A stretch of DNA of 37,209 bases from Bacteroidota bacterium (GTDB lineage: Bacteria; Bacteroidota; Bacteroidia; Bacteroidales; VadinHA17): positions 1 to 37,209 of the forward strand of contig JBNJHQ010000004.1 in assembly GCA_051748705.1 (NCBI GenBank), in the 5' to 3' direction. The notes below the pieces were generated by a model that did not search any database, had not been told where the DNA came from, and was given only the letters and a program-made list of their open reading frames with translations. Each line of letters opens with the position of its first letter. Position 1 is the first letter of the stretch. Positions 29,998 through 37,209 of this stretch are shown in pieces. The position numbers were made by a program, and so were the translations under genes.

Positions 29998-32362
29998 TTT
30001 TTATGAGCTGATCCAAACTGTTTTGAATTGACTGCCTTTCGTTTGGTGAAAGATTTACATTATCCATTGCTTTGTTAAGTATAGTGATTGCTTTTGCTGA
30101 ATCACCCAGGCCGAGGTAAATGTCTGTTAAGAGCATGTATGAATCAAAAAAAGTGCTGTCGGCCTCTATTAGCTCATGAAGTATGTTTTTTGCAGCCTCT
30201 GTTCTATCTGATTGAAGAAGATAATAAGCATGAGTATAGCCATATTTCGGTTCATCAGGTTCCCATTCCATGGCTTTTTTACTCAGGTCAAGTGCCTTTT
30301 CCAGGTCATTTTCGGATTCAAGCACAGCAAGGTTATATGCAGCCACTGAATTTTTTTCACTCACATCCAACAGGCGCTTAAAGTAATGCCTGGCCATTTC
30401 ATTATTTCCTGTTTCACCGTACAAAAGTGCCAGGTTGAGCAATGCTGCTTCATGATCAGGGGCATAAGAAAGGGCCCTGGTAAACATCTCTTCCGCTGAA
30501 CTGTAATCACCCGAAAGGGAATAAATGAAACCGGCATTCACCATCGGCATAATTGCCCCTGGAAATAGTTTTATTGATGTTCTGTATGCATCCAGTGCCC
30601 GGTCATAGTCATCCAGACTACTGTAATAATTACCCAGGTTATAATGAGCCGACCAATCGTCGGAACGGACAACGAGTGAACTCTCATATTCATCCATTAC
30701 TTCACTTATCCTGTCTTCATCAGGGAGTGAAGCAATTTCACCGGAAAAAGGGCTAAGGGCATAAGCCGCATTGAGCCTCACCACCCTGTACCTGTCAGCC
30801 GTAAGTTCTGCCAGCCGTTCAAGAGCATTTACCGATCCATTGCCATAAAGGCTGTGGGCAGCGGCACCTCTGACCAGTGGAGAGTCGTGGTATGTAAGCT
30901 TTAGCATATGGGGCCACTTTGCAGGATCATCACAGTCTTCAAGCAGCCTGATAAAGGAGGTAGCATATACCTTATCGAAACTCTCTTTCTGCAGGCCATT
31001 CAGAATTTTATCCAGATCCGTCCAGTCGCCTTCCCTTGCTTTCCTTATCAGCAAACCATTCCTGATAGCTTCATCCTTGTAATTATTCATGCCTGCCCCG
31101 GTCAAAACACTGTCAGCCCAGCCTGCAGTCTGGTCCTCATGACATAAATTACAGGCATTAGGAGATCCGAAAACCACACTTGCCCCCGGCATTGGAGGTC
31201 TGAAAGAATGGTCACTCCGGTCCATCATCGCAAAGCTCGTTTTCGGCATATGACACAGGATACATTCACTCACCGTATTATCCGGCATAAAGGAGGTGTG
31301 AATTGCAGGACTATTAACTTTGTCTTCATGGCAGGGCATGCAGGCATTGTTGGCATCTGCTCCGGAGAAGCGATATCTGCCGCTTGATGTATGGCATGTC
31401 ACACAATGCAGATCACTGTTGCCGGCGCATTTATTCATTTCCCATGTCGTCATCGTATAGTTTTCACCAAGGTCGCGACCGTCAGCATAAAAATCAGGGT
31501 TTTCAAGCGTTATAAGATCAAAGTAGTCATAGAATTCTGACCCGGGAATAAAATCCTGTGCAAGAACAACGGCCTTGGCATGGCATGAGGCGCATGAAGC
31601 ATTATGCTGTTCAGGGGTGAACTCGCCTGTGACAACTATTTTGAGATCGTCCGGGATATTCCCCTCACCTGCCTCAACACAGGCAACTATGTGATCATGG
31701 CTGGGCCCATGGCATGTTTCACAGTTAATGCCGGCCTCTCTCCATGTGGTATTGTAGGTATTGTCCGAAAGGTTATAATTTGTTTCCAGCTGGCTCACGT
31801 GGCAGCTGTAACAGGTAGTATTAAATGTATACAGGTGGCTCATCCAGTCAAGGGGAGCATCGTCAATCGTTTCAAAATGTCTCACTCCGCTCTCGGGATT
31901 ATTATACCAGCTGTCATTATTACAATCATAGGCAAGCGGGAGAACCTGTAAGCGTCCCCTGTCAAGGGGTGTGAGGAAATAATAGATATACTTACCACCC
32001 ATAGCATGAATGGCCGGGTACTCATAACTATTTCCCGATCTCCTGGTTTCAGTGAAAATAAGTGAATCTCCCCTTGAAGAAACACTGAACAAATCCTCTC
32101 CAACCCTTATTTCCCCCTTAAATGATTTAATATTTTCACCGATGAACCGGCCAGTGACAGGCTGCATAGCCAGCCCGTGGTATGAATCATGCCAGAGCTG
32201 GTAGAACTTTTCATGGCAGGGTCTGCAACTTTCACTGCCGGAATATTTTGCTATGCCGGTGTTCAGGGCGTCGGAACGCTTCGTACGTATAATGGTAATC
32301 GCCACTATAAGCGCTATGAACAACAGGAGGATAAAGAGGGGAAAGAATAATCTCGATTTCAT
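29987..32362 (-). CDS. Octaheme c-type cytochrome fused to HEAT-like and TPR repeats
   Basis: N-terminal TM/signal; eight CxxCH motifs (CRPCH, CYSCH, CETCH, CASCH, CVTCH, CMPCH, CILCH, CNLCH); HEAT-like PLVRGAAAHSL; C-terminal TPRs (AHYNLGNYY, ALLNLALLY). Confidence 0.88.
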   Translation of the reverse strand: MKSRLFFPLFILLLFIALIVAITIIRTKRSDALNTGIAKYSGSESCRPCHEKFYQLWHDSYHGLAMQPVTGRFIGENIKSFKGEIRVGEDLFSVSSRGDSLIFTETRRSGNSYEYPAIHAMGGKYIYYFLTPLDRGRLQVLPLAYDCNNDSWYNNPESGVRHFETIDDAPLDWMSHLYTFNTTCYSCHVSQLETNYNLSDNTYNTTWREAGINCETCHGPSHDHIVACVEAGEGNIPDDLKIVVTGEFTPEQHNASCASCHAKAVVLAQDFIPGSEFYDYFDLITLENPDFYADGRDLGENYTMTTWEMNKCAGNSDLHCVTCHTSSGRYRFSGADANNACMPCHEDKVNSPAIHTSFMPDNTVSECILCHMPKTSFAMMDRSDHSFRPPMPGASVVFGSPNACNLCHEDQTAGWADSVLTGAGMNNYKDEAIRNGLLIRKAREGDWTDLDKILNGLQKESFDKVYATSFIRLLEDCDDPAKWPHMLKLTYHDSPLVRGAAAHSLYGNGSVNALERLAELTADRYRVVRLNAAYALSPFSGEIASLPDEDRISEVMDEYESSLVVRSDDWSAHYNLGNYYSSLDDYDRALDAYRTSIKLFPGAIMPMVNAGFIYSLSGDYSSAEEMFTRALSYAPDHEAALLNLALLYGETGNNEMARHYFKRLLDVSEKNSVAAYNLAVLESENDLEKALDLSKKAMEWEPDEPKYGYTHAYYLLQSDRTEAAKNILHELIEADSTFFDSYMLLTDIYLGLGDSAKAITILNKAMDNVNLSPNERQSIQNSLDQLIKNEN

Positions 32363-32394
32363 AACATTTTTTACATCATAGTTACTCGTCCTGC

Positions 32395-32778
32395 TTATTC
32401 GAACAGGCCTTCATCCCTTACCAGCAGAAGGACACTTGATTGTGAGACCACCACATATTTTTCCCTGTTGAATTCAATCTCCACGGCAGTATTCTGAAGA
32501 TAAACGGCAAGATCGCCCTCTTTTGGCTGAAGAGGTACATACTGAGGCTCTTCTGTTCTTTTCTTCCAGGGCTCGTCAACATCCGTAACGGAAGGTATCG
32601 GATAACCGGGTCCTACCTTGAGCACATATCCTACCTGCACCTTTTCATTCTCCTGTACCCCGGGGGGAAGATAAAGGCCCGACTTTGTTTTCGATTGTGG
32701 TGTGCTGGGTTTAATAAGTATCCTGTCGCCTACCACTATCAACCTGTCAAGATGCTTTTCATCCAAAAGAACATTCAT
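32395..32778 (-). CDS. GroES-like (Cpn10) co-chaperonin with no adjacent groEL
   Basis: GDRILIKP, KTKSGLYLP, GYVLKVGPG; insertion YPIPSVTDVDEPWK. Confidence 0.85.
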   Translation of the reverse strand: MNVLLDEKHLDRLIVVGDRILIKPSTPQSKTKSGLYLPPGVQENEKVQVGYVLKVGPGYPIPSVTDVDEPWKKRTEEPQYVPLQPKEGDLAVYLQNTAVEIEFNREKYVVVSQSSVLLLVRDEGLFE

Positions 32779-32804
32779 AAGCTCATTTCTTCTTTATGCA
32801 ATCA

Positions 32805-32812
32805 CAAATTTA
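32805..32812 (-). promoter_or_regulatory. Primary-sigma -7 element upstream of the GroES-like gene
   Basis: TAAATTTG on the minus strand in the divergent intergenic region. Confidence 0.45.
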
Positions 32813-32866
32813 TATATTATTTTCTGATCCCGTATTTTTTCGGAATATTTGTAGAAAATTACATAA

Positions 32867-33565
32867 ATGGATATCTCATTCGTACTGGTTGAACCAAGGG
32901 TGCCGGAAAATATAGGGGCAGCTGCACGAGCTATCAAAACAATGGGATTCAGGAGATTAGTCCTGGTTAATCCCTGCGAATACAATGAAGGAAAAGCACG
33001 CTGGCTGGCTCATGGCTCAGGGGATATCCTGGATGAGGCAGAAGTATTTGCAAGCCTTGAAAATGCCCTGGAGGCTTATGACTTTATTATTGGTACAACA
33101 TCAAAAGGAAGGATATCGAAACACGAATATATTGCAATTGAACAACTGGGAACTTTTCTGAAAAACAGGGAGGAAGAATATAAAAAAATTGCACTGGTGT
33201 TTGGCCGGGAAGAATCAGGTCTGACGAACGAAGAGCTCAAATTATGTGATATTGCCAGCACAGTGCCAATGGCTGGAGCATTCCCCTCTCTTAACCTGTC
33301 CCAGGCAGTGATGTTGTATGCCTTTAGCCTGCATGAAAGCAGTGAAGAAAGTAAAGCCAGCCATGTGGAAAAGCAGGAGCCTGCAAGCCTGGGAATTTTA
33401 AAAGAGAAGGCAGAGAGATTACTGGAGGGAACGGATATAGTAAAAAACAAAACATTGAAAGGACGGATCATGGAGCGCCTGTCCATGGCATCGATTACGG
33501 ACATTAAATTATTGCATTCGGTAACAAACTCCCTGATGGAAAAATATGAGGAGGGGGAAAAATGA
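32867..33565 (+). CDS. TrmJ/LasT-family SPOUT tRNA/rRNA methyltransferase
   Basis: VLVEPRVPENIGAAARAIKTMG, FGREESGLTNEEL, PSLNLSQAV. Confidence 0.92.
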   Translation: MDISFVLVEPRVPENIGAAARAIKTMGFRRLVLVNPCEYNEGKARWLAHGSGDILDEAEVFASLENALEAYDFIIGTTSKGRISKHEYIAIEQLGTFLKNREEEYKKIALVFGREESGLTNEELKLCDIASTVPMAGAFPSLNLSQAVMLYAFSLHESSEESKASHVEKQEPASLGILKEKAERLLEGTDIVKNKTLKGRIMERLSMASITDIKLLHSVTNSLMEKYEEGEK

Positions 33566-34422
33566 TATATCTTCTCCTTTGTATCGTATCTACGGCCGGC
33601 ATTATGGTTGTCTTCAAGATTGCGGGCAATCTGAAACTGGATACTTTCAGGATAATAGTGATAAACTATTTTACGGCAGCTATACTCGGTTTTTCATTTG
33701 CCGGTCTTCCATCCTTATCCGTCCTTAATACCGGATGGATAAACATGGCTGTTATCATTGGTATATTATTTATTGTTATGTTCTTTGTAATAGCCCTGTC
33801 AACACAAAAAGCAGGTATAGCTGTTACATCGGTTGCATCCAAGATGTCAGTGGTCATACCTATAAGTTTTTCCCTTTTTTATTTTAAAGAGGAGATAAGT
33901 ATACTGAAAATATCAGGTATCCTTCTGGCTATTGCAGCAGTCTTTATGACAACATATAGCAGGGAAAGAAAAGAAAAGAGGGGTATACAGGTGATTATAC
34001 TGCCTGTTGTTCTTTTTCTGGGTGCCGGGCTGATAGATTCACTGATAAAATATACCCAGGAGCTACATATAGTTGATCAGGGGTCGCTGATGTTCTCATC
34101 TGTTTTATTCTCTGTATCAGCTCTTACAGGTATAGTATTCAGTTTTTTCAGGAAGAGACCAGGTGAAACAAATAGGTTTATACAAATAATCATTGCCGGT
34201 ATTATCCTGGGAGTTGTGAATTTCGGATCCCTTTACGGGCTTATTATGGCCCTGGAGAGTAATATATTTGACAGCTCCATTATTTTCGGGATTAATAATA
34301 TGGGTATTGTTGTTTTATCGGTAAGCATAGCCCTTATCTTTTTTGGTGAAAAACTCAGTGTGCTCAATAAAGCAGGAATTGTACTTTCAATATTGACCAT
34401 TATTTTTCTCACTTATCTTTAA
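33562..34422 (+). CDS. EamA/DMT-family transporter
   Basis: About 10 hydrophobic helices in two repeats ending FKEEIS and FGEKLS; ATGA overlap with the upstream gene. Confidence 0.85.
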   Translation: MIYLLLCIVSTAGIMVVFKIAGNLKLDTFRIIVINYFTAAILGFSFAGLPSLSVLNTGWINMAVIIGILFIVMFFVIALSTQKAGIAVTSVASKMSVVIPISFSLFYFKEEISILKISGILLAIAAVFMTTYSRERKEKRGIQVIILPVVLFLGAGLIDSLIKYTQELHIVDQGSLMFSSVLFSVSALTGIVFSFFRKRPGETNRFIQIIIAGIILGVVNFGSLYGLIMALESNIFDSSIIFGINNMGIVVLSVSIALIFFGEKLSVLNKAGIVLSILTIIFLTYL

Positions 34423-34433
34423 GAAGCACGGGC

Positions 34434-35042
34434 ATGAAAGACGAGTACAGGAGCATAAAGGCAGAAGCAACAGGGCTTTTCAAGGACAGGGGAAGCAAAT
34501 TCATAGCCATTGCCAGGCCTGTCAGTTCAGAAGATGAAATAAAAGAGATGCTTGAGAATACCAGGAAACAGTACCACGATGCACGTCACCACTGTTTTGC
34601 CTACAGACTGGGAACGGGTGATGACACCTGGAGGGTGAATGATGATGGTGAACCATCCGGCACTGCAGGAAATCCCATCATGGGCCAGATAAGATCATAT
34701 GAACTTACCAATGTTTTAATAATTGTCGTAAGGTATTTTGGAGGCACCCTGCTTGGCACGGGAGGCCTGATAAATGCCTACCGCAGTGCTGCAAGGGATG
34801 CCCTGGAGAATGCCCAGATAATAAAAAAGACAATTAGCTGCACATACAGCCTGCATTTTCCCTATGAAGCCATGAATGATGTAATGAGGGTTATAAAGGA
34901 AGAGAACCTGGGACAGAGCGAACAGCTTTTTGAGCTGGAATGCTCCATGAAAGTGCATTTCAGGGCTTCGCTCGAGAAGAGAATAAAAAAGAAATTCGAC
35001 CTGATACAGAAACTTGAATACGAAAAGGTATTTATCAATTAA
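34434..35042 (+). CDS. YigZ/IMPACT family protein
   Basis: SKFIA, HHCFAY, DDGEPSGTAG, VVRYFGGTLLGTGGLINAY. Confidence 0.93.
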   Translation: MKDEYRSIKAEATGLFKDRGSKFIAIARPVSSEDEIKEMLENTRKQYHDARHHCFAYRLGTGDDTWRVNDDGEPSGTAGNPIMGQIRSYELTNVLIIVVRYFGGTLLGTGGLINAYRSAARDALENAQIIKKTISCTYSLHFPYEAMNDVMRVIKEENLGQSEQLFELECSMKVHFRASLEKRIKKKFDLIQKLEYEKVFIN

Positions 35043-35051
35043 TTATTAACA

Positions 35052-35085
35052 TTTGCTTTTAAATATTTCTTAGTTTTTAACTTTG
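35052..35085 (+). promoter_or_regulatory. Putative primary-sigma promoter of pyrBI
   Basis: TTTG (35052-35055), 22-nt spacer, TAACTTTG (35078-35085); the spacer is slightly long. Confidence 0.5.
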
Positions 35086-35123
35086 TTTAATAAACCTTTT
35101 TTAATCATATAAAACCCTGATTA

Positions 35124-36032
35124 ATGAATATTAAGAGCCTGGTTTCGATCGATGACCTGAGTACCGATGAGATGGTATCCATACTCGATCTTGCCGAAGA
35201 ATTTGAAAAACAGCCAAGCCAGCCCCTGCTTGAAGGGAAAGTGATCGCTACCCTCTTCTTCGAACCTTCAACCCGCACACGGCTGAGTTTTGAAAGTGCC
35301 ATATCACGCCTTGGAGGCAAGATTGTCGGTTTTACCGATGCCTCATCATCAAGTGTGACAAAGGGAGAAACACTCAATGACACTATCCGTACGGTAAATA
35401 GTTACTGTGACATGATAGTAATGAGACATCCTATCGAAGGAAGTGCCCGCCTGGCAAGCGAGATTGCTGACGTACCGGTTGTAAATGCCGGCGACGGTGC
35501 CAACCAGCATCCTACACAAACGATGCTCGACCTTTATTCTATAAGGAAGACACAGGGCACACTCGATAATCTGAATATCTTCCTGGTTGGTGACCTCAAA
35601 TACGGGCGCACTGTGCATTCACTGCTTATGGCAATGTCAAGGTGGAAAACCACTTTCAATTTTATTTCACCTGAAGAACTGAAGATGCCTGTGGAATATA
35701 AACTGTACCTTGACAAACTGGGATTAAAATACTATGAACACTCAGACTTCACCGAAATAATAAAGGAAGCTGATATTATATATATGACCAGGGTTCAGAA
35801 AGAGCGCTTCAGCGATCCCATGGAATATGAAAAGGTCAAAAACGTCTATGTTCTCCGTCAAAAGATGCTGGCCGGAACAAAAGAGAATATGAAAATCCTC
35901 CATCCCCTGCCACGGGTTAATGAGATACATACTGATGTGGACTTTGATCCTAAATCCTATTATTTCCAGCAGGCTCTCAACGGTGTATATACCCGTGAGG
36001 CAATAATTACCCGCTTGCTTAACCTGAAATAA
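35124..36032 (+). CDS. pyrB: Aspartate carbamoyltransferase catalytic subunit
   Basis: [42 protein letters not shown]. Confidence 0.98.
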   Translation: MNIKSLVSIDDLSTDEMVSILDLAEEFEKQPSQPLLEGKVIATLFFEPSTRTRLSFESAISRLGGKIVGFTDASSSSVTKGETLNDTIRTVNSYCDMIVMRHPIEGSARLASEIADVPVVNAGDGANQHPTQTMLDLYSIRKTQGTLDNLNIFLVGDLKYGRTVHSLLMAMSRWKTTFNFISPEELKMPVEYKLYLDKLGLKYYEHSDFTEIIKEADIIYMTRVQKERFSDPMEYEKVKNVYVLRQKMLAGTKENMKILHPLPRVNEIHTDVDFDPKSYYFQQALNGVYTREAIITRLLNLK

Positions 36033-36044
36033 AACATTGCTACC

Positions 36045-36503
36045 ATGAAAGAACCAAAACAGTTAAGTGTAAGTGCAATTGAGAACGGAACAGTAATCGA
36101 CCATATACCGGCATCAAACCTTTTTAAAGTCATAAATATACTCGGGCTTGACAAGATCAACAACCAGATAACATTCGGGACAAACCTTGAAAGTAAAAAG
36201 CTCGGTCAAAAAGCCATTATTAAACTCTCTGAGATATTTTTTGAAGAGGATGACATCAACCGTATAGCCCTTGTGGCACCTGAGGCAAAACTAAATATCA
36301 TCAGGGGATACGAAGTCGTTGAGAAGAGCGTAGTCAAGGTACCCGACCAGATAATAGGCATAGTGAGATGCGTAAATCCCAAATGCATTACAAACTACGA
36401 AAAAGTAACAACAAGATTCAGCGTTATTTCCAGTAAAAATGTAGTGTTAAAATGCCATTATTGTGAAAAGATAACTGACCAGGAGCATATGATTATATTG
36501 TAA
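36045..36503 (+). CDS. pyrI: Aspartate carbamoyltransferase regulatory subunit
   Basis: VSAIENGTVIDHI; Zn ligands CVNPKC and CHYCE. Confidence 0.97.
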   Translation: MKEPKQLSVSAIENGTVIDHIPASNLFKVINILGLDKINNQITFGTNLESKKLGQKAIIKLSEIFFEEDDINRIALVAPEAKLNIIRGYEVVEKSVVKVPDQIIGIVRCVNPKCITNYEKVTTRFSVISSKNVVLKCHYCEKITDQEHMIIL

Positions 36504-36521
36504 TCTCAGATGCAATTGTCA

Positions 36522-36989
36522 CTAACGGATCCTGTCGTAAGACTTAACCAGCAGTTCATCCTTGAGTATATTCCTGAAAGCCAGGTAACCACATATGGCC
36601 CCTGCAATGGGAAAAATAAGTTTGATATTGAAAATCATCTCTGCGTCAAGCTTCTTCCCGGCATAAAATATGTAAAATAACATCAGCAGGAAGGAGCCTA
36701 TTAGTAAGAGTGTCGAAAAAACGCATACCCTCATCTGTAATTTGCGGCGGCGGAAAAGAAATATGGCAAGTATGAAAAGCACCGGGACAGTTATCATTAT
36801 TATTGTGAGCGGAAGGCTTTTCTCGACTGCTTCCACCAGCATGCCATTATCAAGAGCATAAATACCCCTGTAATTAAGCTCATATGTTTCATTGCCTGAT
36901 TTCACCAGCCTCACTACAGGACCGTGTAACAGGAATCCTGATAAAGCAGCAGCAATTGCAAGGTATAGGGTCTGTATTCTCTGTATCAT
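36522..36989 (-). CDS. DUF4293 family membrane protein (start reassigned to ATG 36989)
   Basis: Family-typical MIQRIQTLYL N-terminus and DELLVKSYDRIR C-terminus; the ORF-track extension to 37097 overlaps another gene. Confidence 0.85.
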   Translation of the reverse strand: MIQRIQTLYLAIAAALSGFLLHGPVVRLVKSGNETYELNYRGIYALDNGMLVEAVEKSLPLTIIMITVPVLFILAIFLFRRRKLQMRVCVFSTLLLIGSFLLMLFYIFYAGKKLDAEMIFNIKLIFPIAGAICGYLAFRNILKDELLVKSYDRIR

Positions 36990-37017
36990 ATCCTGAAGGA
37001 TTTTATTCCATACAAAA

Positions 37018-37209
37018 TTACTTTCTTTTTTGGAAATACATCCAATCGAGATAATACAATATTTTAAGTGACAAGCTGTTTGTTGATCCCTTTCCAAACA
37101 TATGCTTCAGATTATCCTCAAAATCATAATATATCTCTTCCGAATCAGCATAGATCGAGTTTTTCCAGACCAGCGACATCTCACTTCCCGGGGCAAACCT
37201 CCAGGTGTA
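37018..37209 (-). CDS. C-terminal end of a probable outer-membrane beta-barrel protein (DUF5916-like), partial (not in ORF track)
   Basis: Manual translation YTWRFAPGSEMSLVWKNSIY...NSLSLKILYYLDWMYFQKRK*. The YxWRFAPGS and SLKILYYLD motifs resemble DUF5916 C-termini. Confidence 0.65.
   Translation of the reverse strand, partial: YTWRFAPGSEMSLVWKNSIYADSEEIYYDFEDNLKHMFGKGSTNSLSLKILYYLDWMYFQKRK

Noticed and set aside
36990-37097. Upstream extension of the DUF4293 ORF
   Set aside because: It overlaps the 3' end of the upstream outer-membrane protein gene; the family start is MIQRIQT.

Overview
Bacteroidota (Bacteroidales-like) chromosomal window, judged from TAnnTTTG promoter motifs, A-rich start regions without Shine-Dalgarno sequences, the pyrG-yidC pair and a PorE-like gene. 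Housekeeping and nutrient-scavenging genes fill both flanks: partial GH92, a transglutaminase-fold lipoprotein, LacI, yidC, pyrG and DUF349 on the left; PorE-like, queE, alkaline phosphatase, 5'-nucleotidase, NamZ-like, Rid-like, an octaheme TPR cytochrome, GroES-like, TrmJ/LasT, EamA, YigZ, pyrBI, DUF4293 and a partial outer-membrane protein on the right. The stand-out region is about 11.7-21.25 kb. It holds HlyD, a C39-peptidase ABC exporter, an ECF sigma factor, a membrane-anchored TPR-CHAT (caspase-like) protease, and a 45-aa double-glycine-leader peptide at 19141-19278 that is missing from the ORF track. These are followed by a hairpin-rich 300-nt spacer, an anti-sigma-like TM/TPR protein and a degenerate sensor-less histidine kinase. 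I interpret this as a candidate peptide-signal / CHAT-protease / anti-sigma / ECF circuit. The parts are seen in the sequence; the mechanism is inference.
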